64,000 bases of DNA from Ramazzottius varieornatus. Lineage: Eukaryota > Animalia > Tardigrada. The notes below the pieces were generated by a model. It did not search any database and was not told the origin of the DNA. It was given only the letters and a program-made list of their open reading frames with translations. The stretch is from NCBI GenBank assembly GCA_001949185.1, contig BDGG01000001.1, forward strand, positions 6,906,325 through 6,970,324, in the 5' to 3' direction. The stretch's first letter is position 1, and each line of letters begins with the position of its first letter. A program made the position numbers and the translations under genes. This document shows, piece by piece, positions 61,907 through 64,000 of the stretch.

Positions 61907-62207
61907 GGAAGAAGAATAATTCGTAGCTTCGTAGTACACTGCACTAGGGGATCCTGGGTGTTAGTAGCAATATGTACTATGAGTCTACTAAATTGCACAT
62001 GTGTGCGCATCAGGTGTGCAATACGATTTTCCCATTCGATCAATCAAAAACTAAATTTGATTGCTTGATTGATGAGATCGGCATTCAGTTTTCTCTTCGA
62101 TTGATTGCTAGAATGTTTTGATTGCTCCAGAGATTTTCGTTCGGTTGATTGTTTGATTGACTTTCGTTGATTTCTGATCTAGTTCACCCGGATTGATGAT
62201 TGATAAG

Positions 62208-62302
62208 ACCGACTTGGTTCGGTCTTTGGTCGAAGAACCGGGCCAAGTCGGTGGCCGGCTGACAGGCTGTCATGCCAGATGAAAGTCTGACATGACAGTC
62301 TG
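62208..62302. repeat. Two adjacent inverted repeats (hairpins)
   Basis: ACCGACTTGG (62208-62217) pairs with CCAAGTCGGT (62243-62252); 62263-62279 pairs with 62286-62302 at 15/17 positions. Confidence 0.7.
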
Positions 62303-63789
62303 ACGGCCAGTCACGCAATGTCACACCACTTTCTGACGAGTCTTATGTTTGCCGTCGTAGCTGTCTGATTCACTCGTTTAGCCTTGTCGTCCGACTAACT
62401 TTTTCGGATCTCGAACTCTTTCTGCCACCTCTTTCCGATCTCGTTCCGTTCAGCTGGGTGCTTGCACAATTATGGTGTTCGGGGATCGTCTGATAAAAGA
62501 GAAATTCATCTTTCACCGGAATATTCAATTTGGGATTTTTCTACAGACTAAATCATCCGGGCTTTTACTACACTAAACCCCATGTTTTGAAACAAATTTC
62601 TGAAGCTGCAAAAGACTAGTCTGCAATGCTTTGCCACCATGGCAAAACTTGAAAAGACGCAGGTAACTTTTCCAGTGCTTGTGGCTCAAACTCTAGGGCT
62701 TCTGGGAAGACGTGAGCCAAACTCCACTGAGGAAGGACTGAGGAACAACAGGCACTTTTCTTGCTTCTATTCTGGTGATGACAGTGCTGGTATAGCTTCG
62801 GCCTAAGTATTTGTGCAGCTTGATCAGTTATCAATGCTGTCTAGCTCTCCTATCAGTAGCGAACGATCTAAAGCATCTCCGAATGTTGAAGCCGTTCAGT
62901 AACAGCAGGGATGTTCAGCGCAGCAAGGCCTGGTAGTGGGGATCAGCTGTTCCCAGAGTATGATTCGAATGTGTTCAGATGTCTAGAAAATGCCAGGATC
63001 AACAAGACTAGGGATGAGATTCGAGGAGATTGGGTAGAGATGCAGGAAGGTGGTCGGTTGTCGAAGCTAACGGAATCATTCAGACAGCGATGAAGTTTTA
63101 TCATCAACAACTCCCAGAAATTTCGAAGTCCGAAATTTAAAAGTCACGGTAGGTACCTGTGACTTTTAGCTTTCTCTTTCACGAAAGTAACCTGCAGACC
63201 GTCTAGATTTTGAGCTTCCCACTTTTTTCGTCGCAGTGAGATATAGACCACGAACCATCAAACACCAACCAACAGAAAAGAACTAAGTTCTCCGAACTTT
63301 CATTTGCTGCTTTCCACCACAAAATATTCTTTCGCACTCCGCAAGTCCCGTTGAATTCGACAGGATTCGCCGCGCCGCGCCGTCGATTCGATTTTGAATT
63401 CACGTTGGTTGACTGGACAAGCCGGACGCATCTACCCGGGCTTAGTTTATGAGTACGAGCTCGTACAGGGTAATACTGATGGGAAGCAGAGATCGTATCA
63501 GCTGATCCTCCCCGGTAGCGGGATGATCAAGAGCTGATCCTAACCTTCTGCAACGGCCATCCGATCCCCGTGATGGACAAGACGAAGAGAAGATTTTAGC
63601 TCTATAGGAAGCTCATCTGAACTTTGACAGACAAAATTCAGAAGTACGGTATTGGTGCAACAGAGCTTGCGTCATATCTGCCGCCTTTGATCCGGTCGCC
63701 ATCACTGGTCCACGCTGGGCGATCGCTGGGGTTGGTTGGTGGTTCAGAACTGGAAGTTGGGCGGTCTGCTCAGACGCAGTTATAGAAGG

Positions 63790-64000
63790 CTCGGCGAAGC
63801 TAAAATTAGCTGTTTTAGCCGTGGCTAAAAATATCTTGGCCGCGGCTAAAGCAGCTAAACTTTTAGCCACGGCTAAAATGTATTGTGCGTTCCATTGATT
63901 TAGTGATGTTGAGTCGGCTAAAATAGTTTTGGCATCAATAAATTATTCGAACGCACAATACATTCGAGCCGTGGCTAAAAGTATTTTAGCTGCTTTAGTC
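63790..64000. repeat. Cluster of short palindromic TTTTAGCC(G/A)(T/C)GGCTAAAA-type units, running off the window end
   Basis: At least five full or partial GGCTAAAA/TTTTAGCC units at 63813, 63836, 63861, 63915 and 63967. Confidence 0.75.

Overview
Gene-dense eukaryotic DNA, most likely from an invertebrate metazoan (short ~50-70 nt GT-AG introns, axonemal dynein, Di-Ras, collybistin/Asef-type RhoGEF); the species cannot be named from sequence alone. Genes in order: 3' two-thirds of an outer-arm axonemal dynein heavy chain (+) with a 2.37-kb decayed pogo-type transposon in one intron; a probable RNA pol I A34-like gene (-); DNA polymerase lambda (+); Golgi alpha-mannosidase II (-); Cdc14 (-); a frameshifted RecQ-like helicase (+) facing a degenerate orphan gene (-); a TM-type short tRNase Z (+); a DH-PH RhoGEF apparently lacking its SH3 domain (+); RpL35A (-); an orphan membrane protein with a J-like segment (+); Di-Ras (-); BCS1 (-); CstF-50 (+); two probable orphan pseudogenes; and terminal palindromic repeats. 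The most striking unexplained structure is a dispersed palindromic element at 16 loci (20 core units), 12 of them in introns of six conserved genes and one orphan gene. Its inverted AAGTGGCGCAC/GTGCGCCACTT arms enclose a spacer of variable sequence but near-fixed length (25 nt, occasionally 26). All exon boundaries and family calls were read by eye, and no database search was run.
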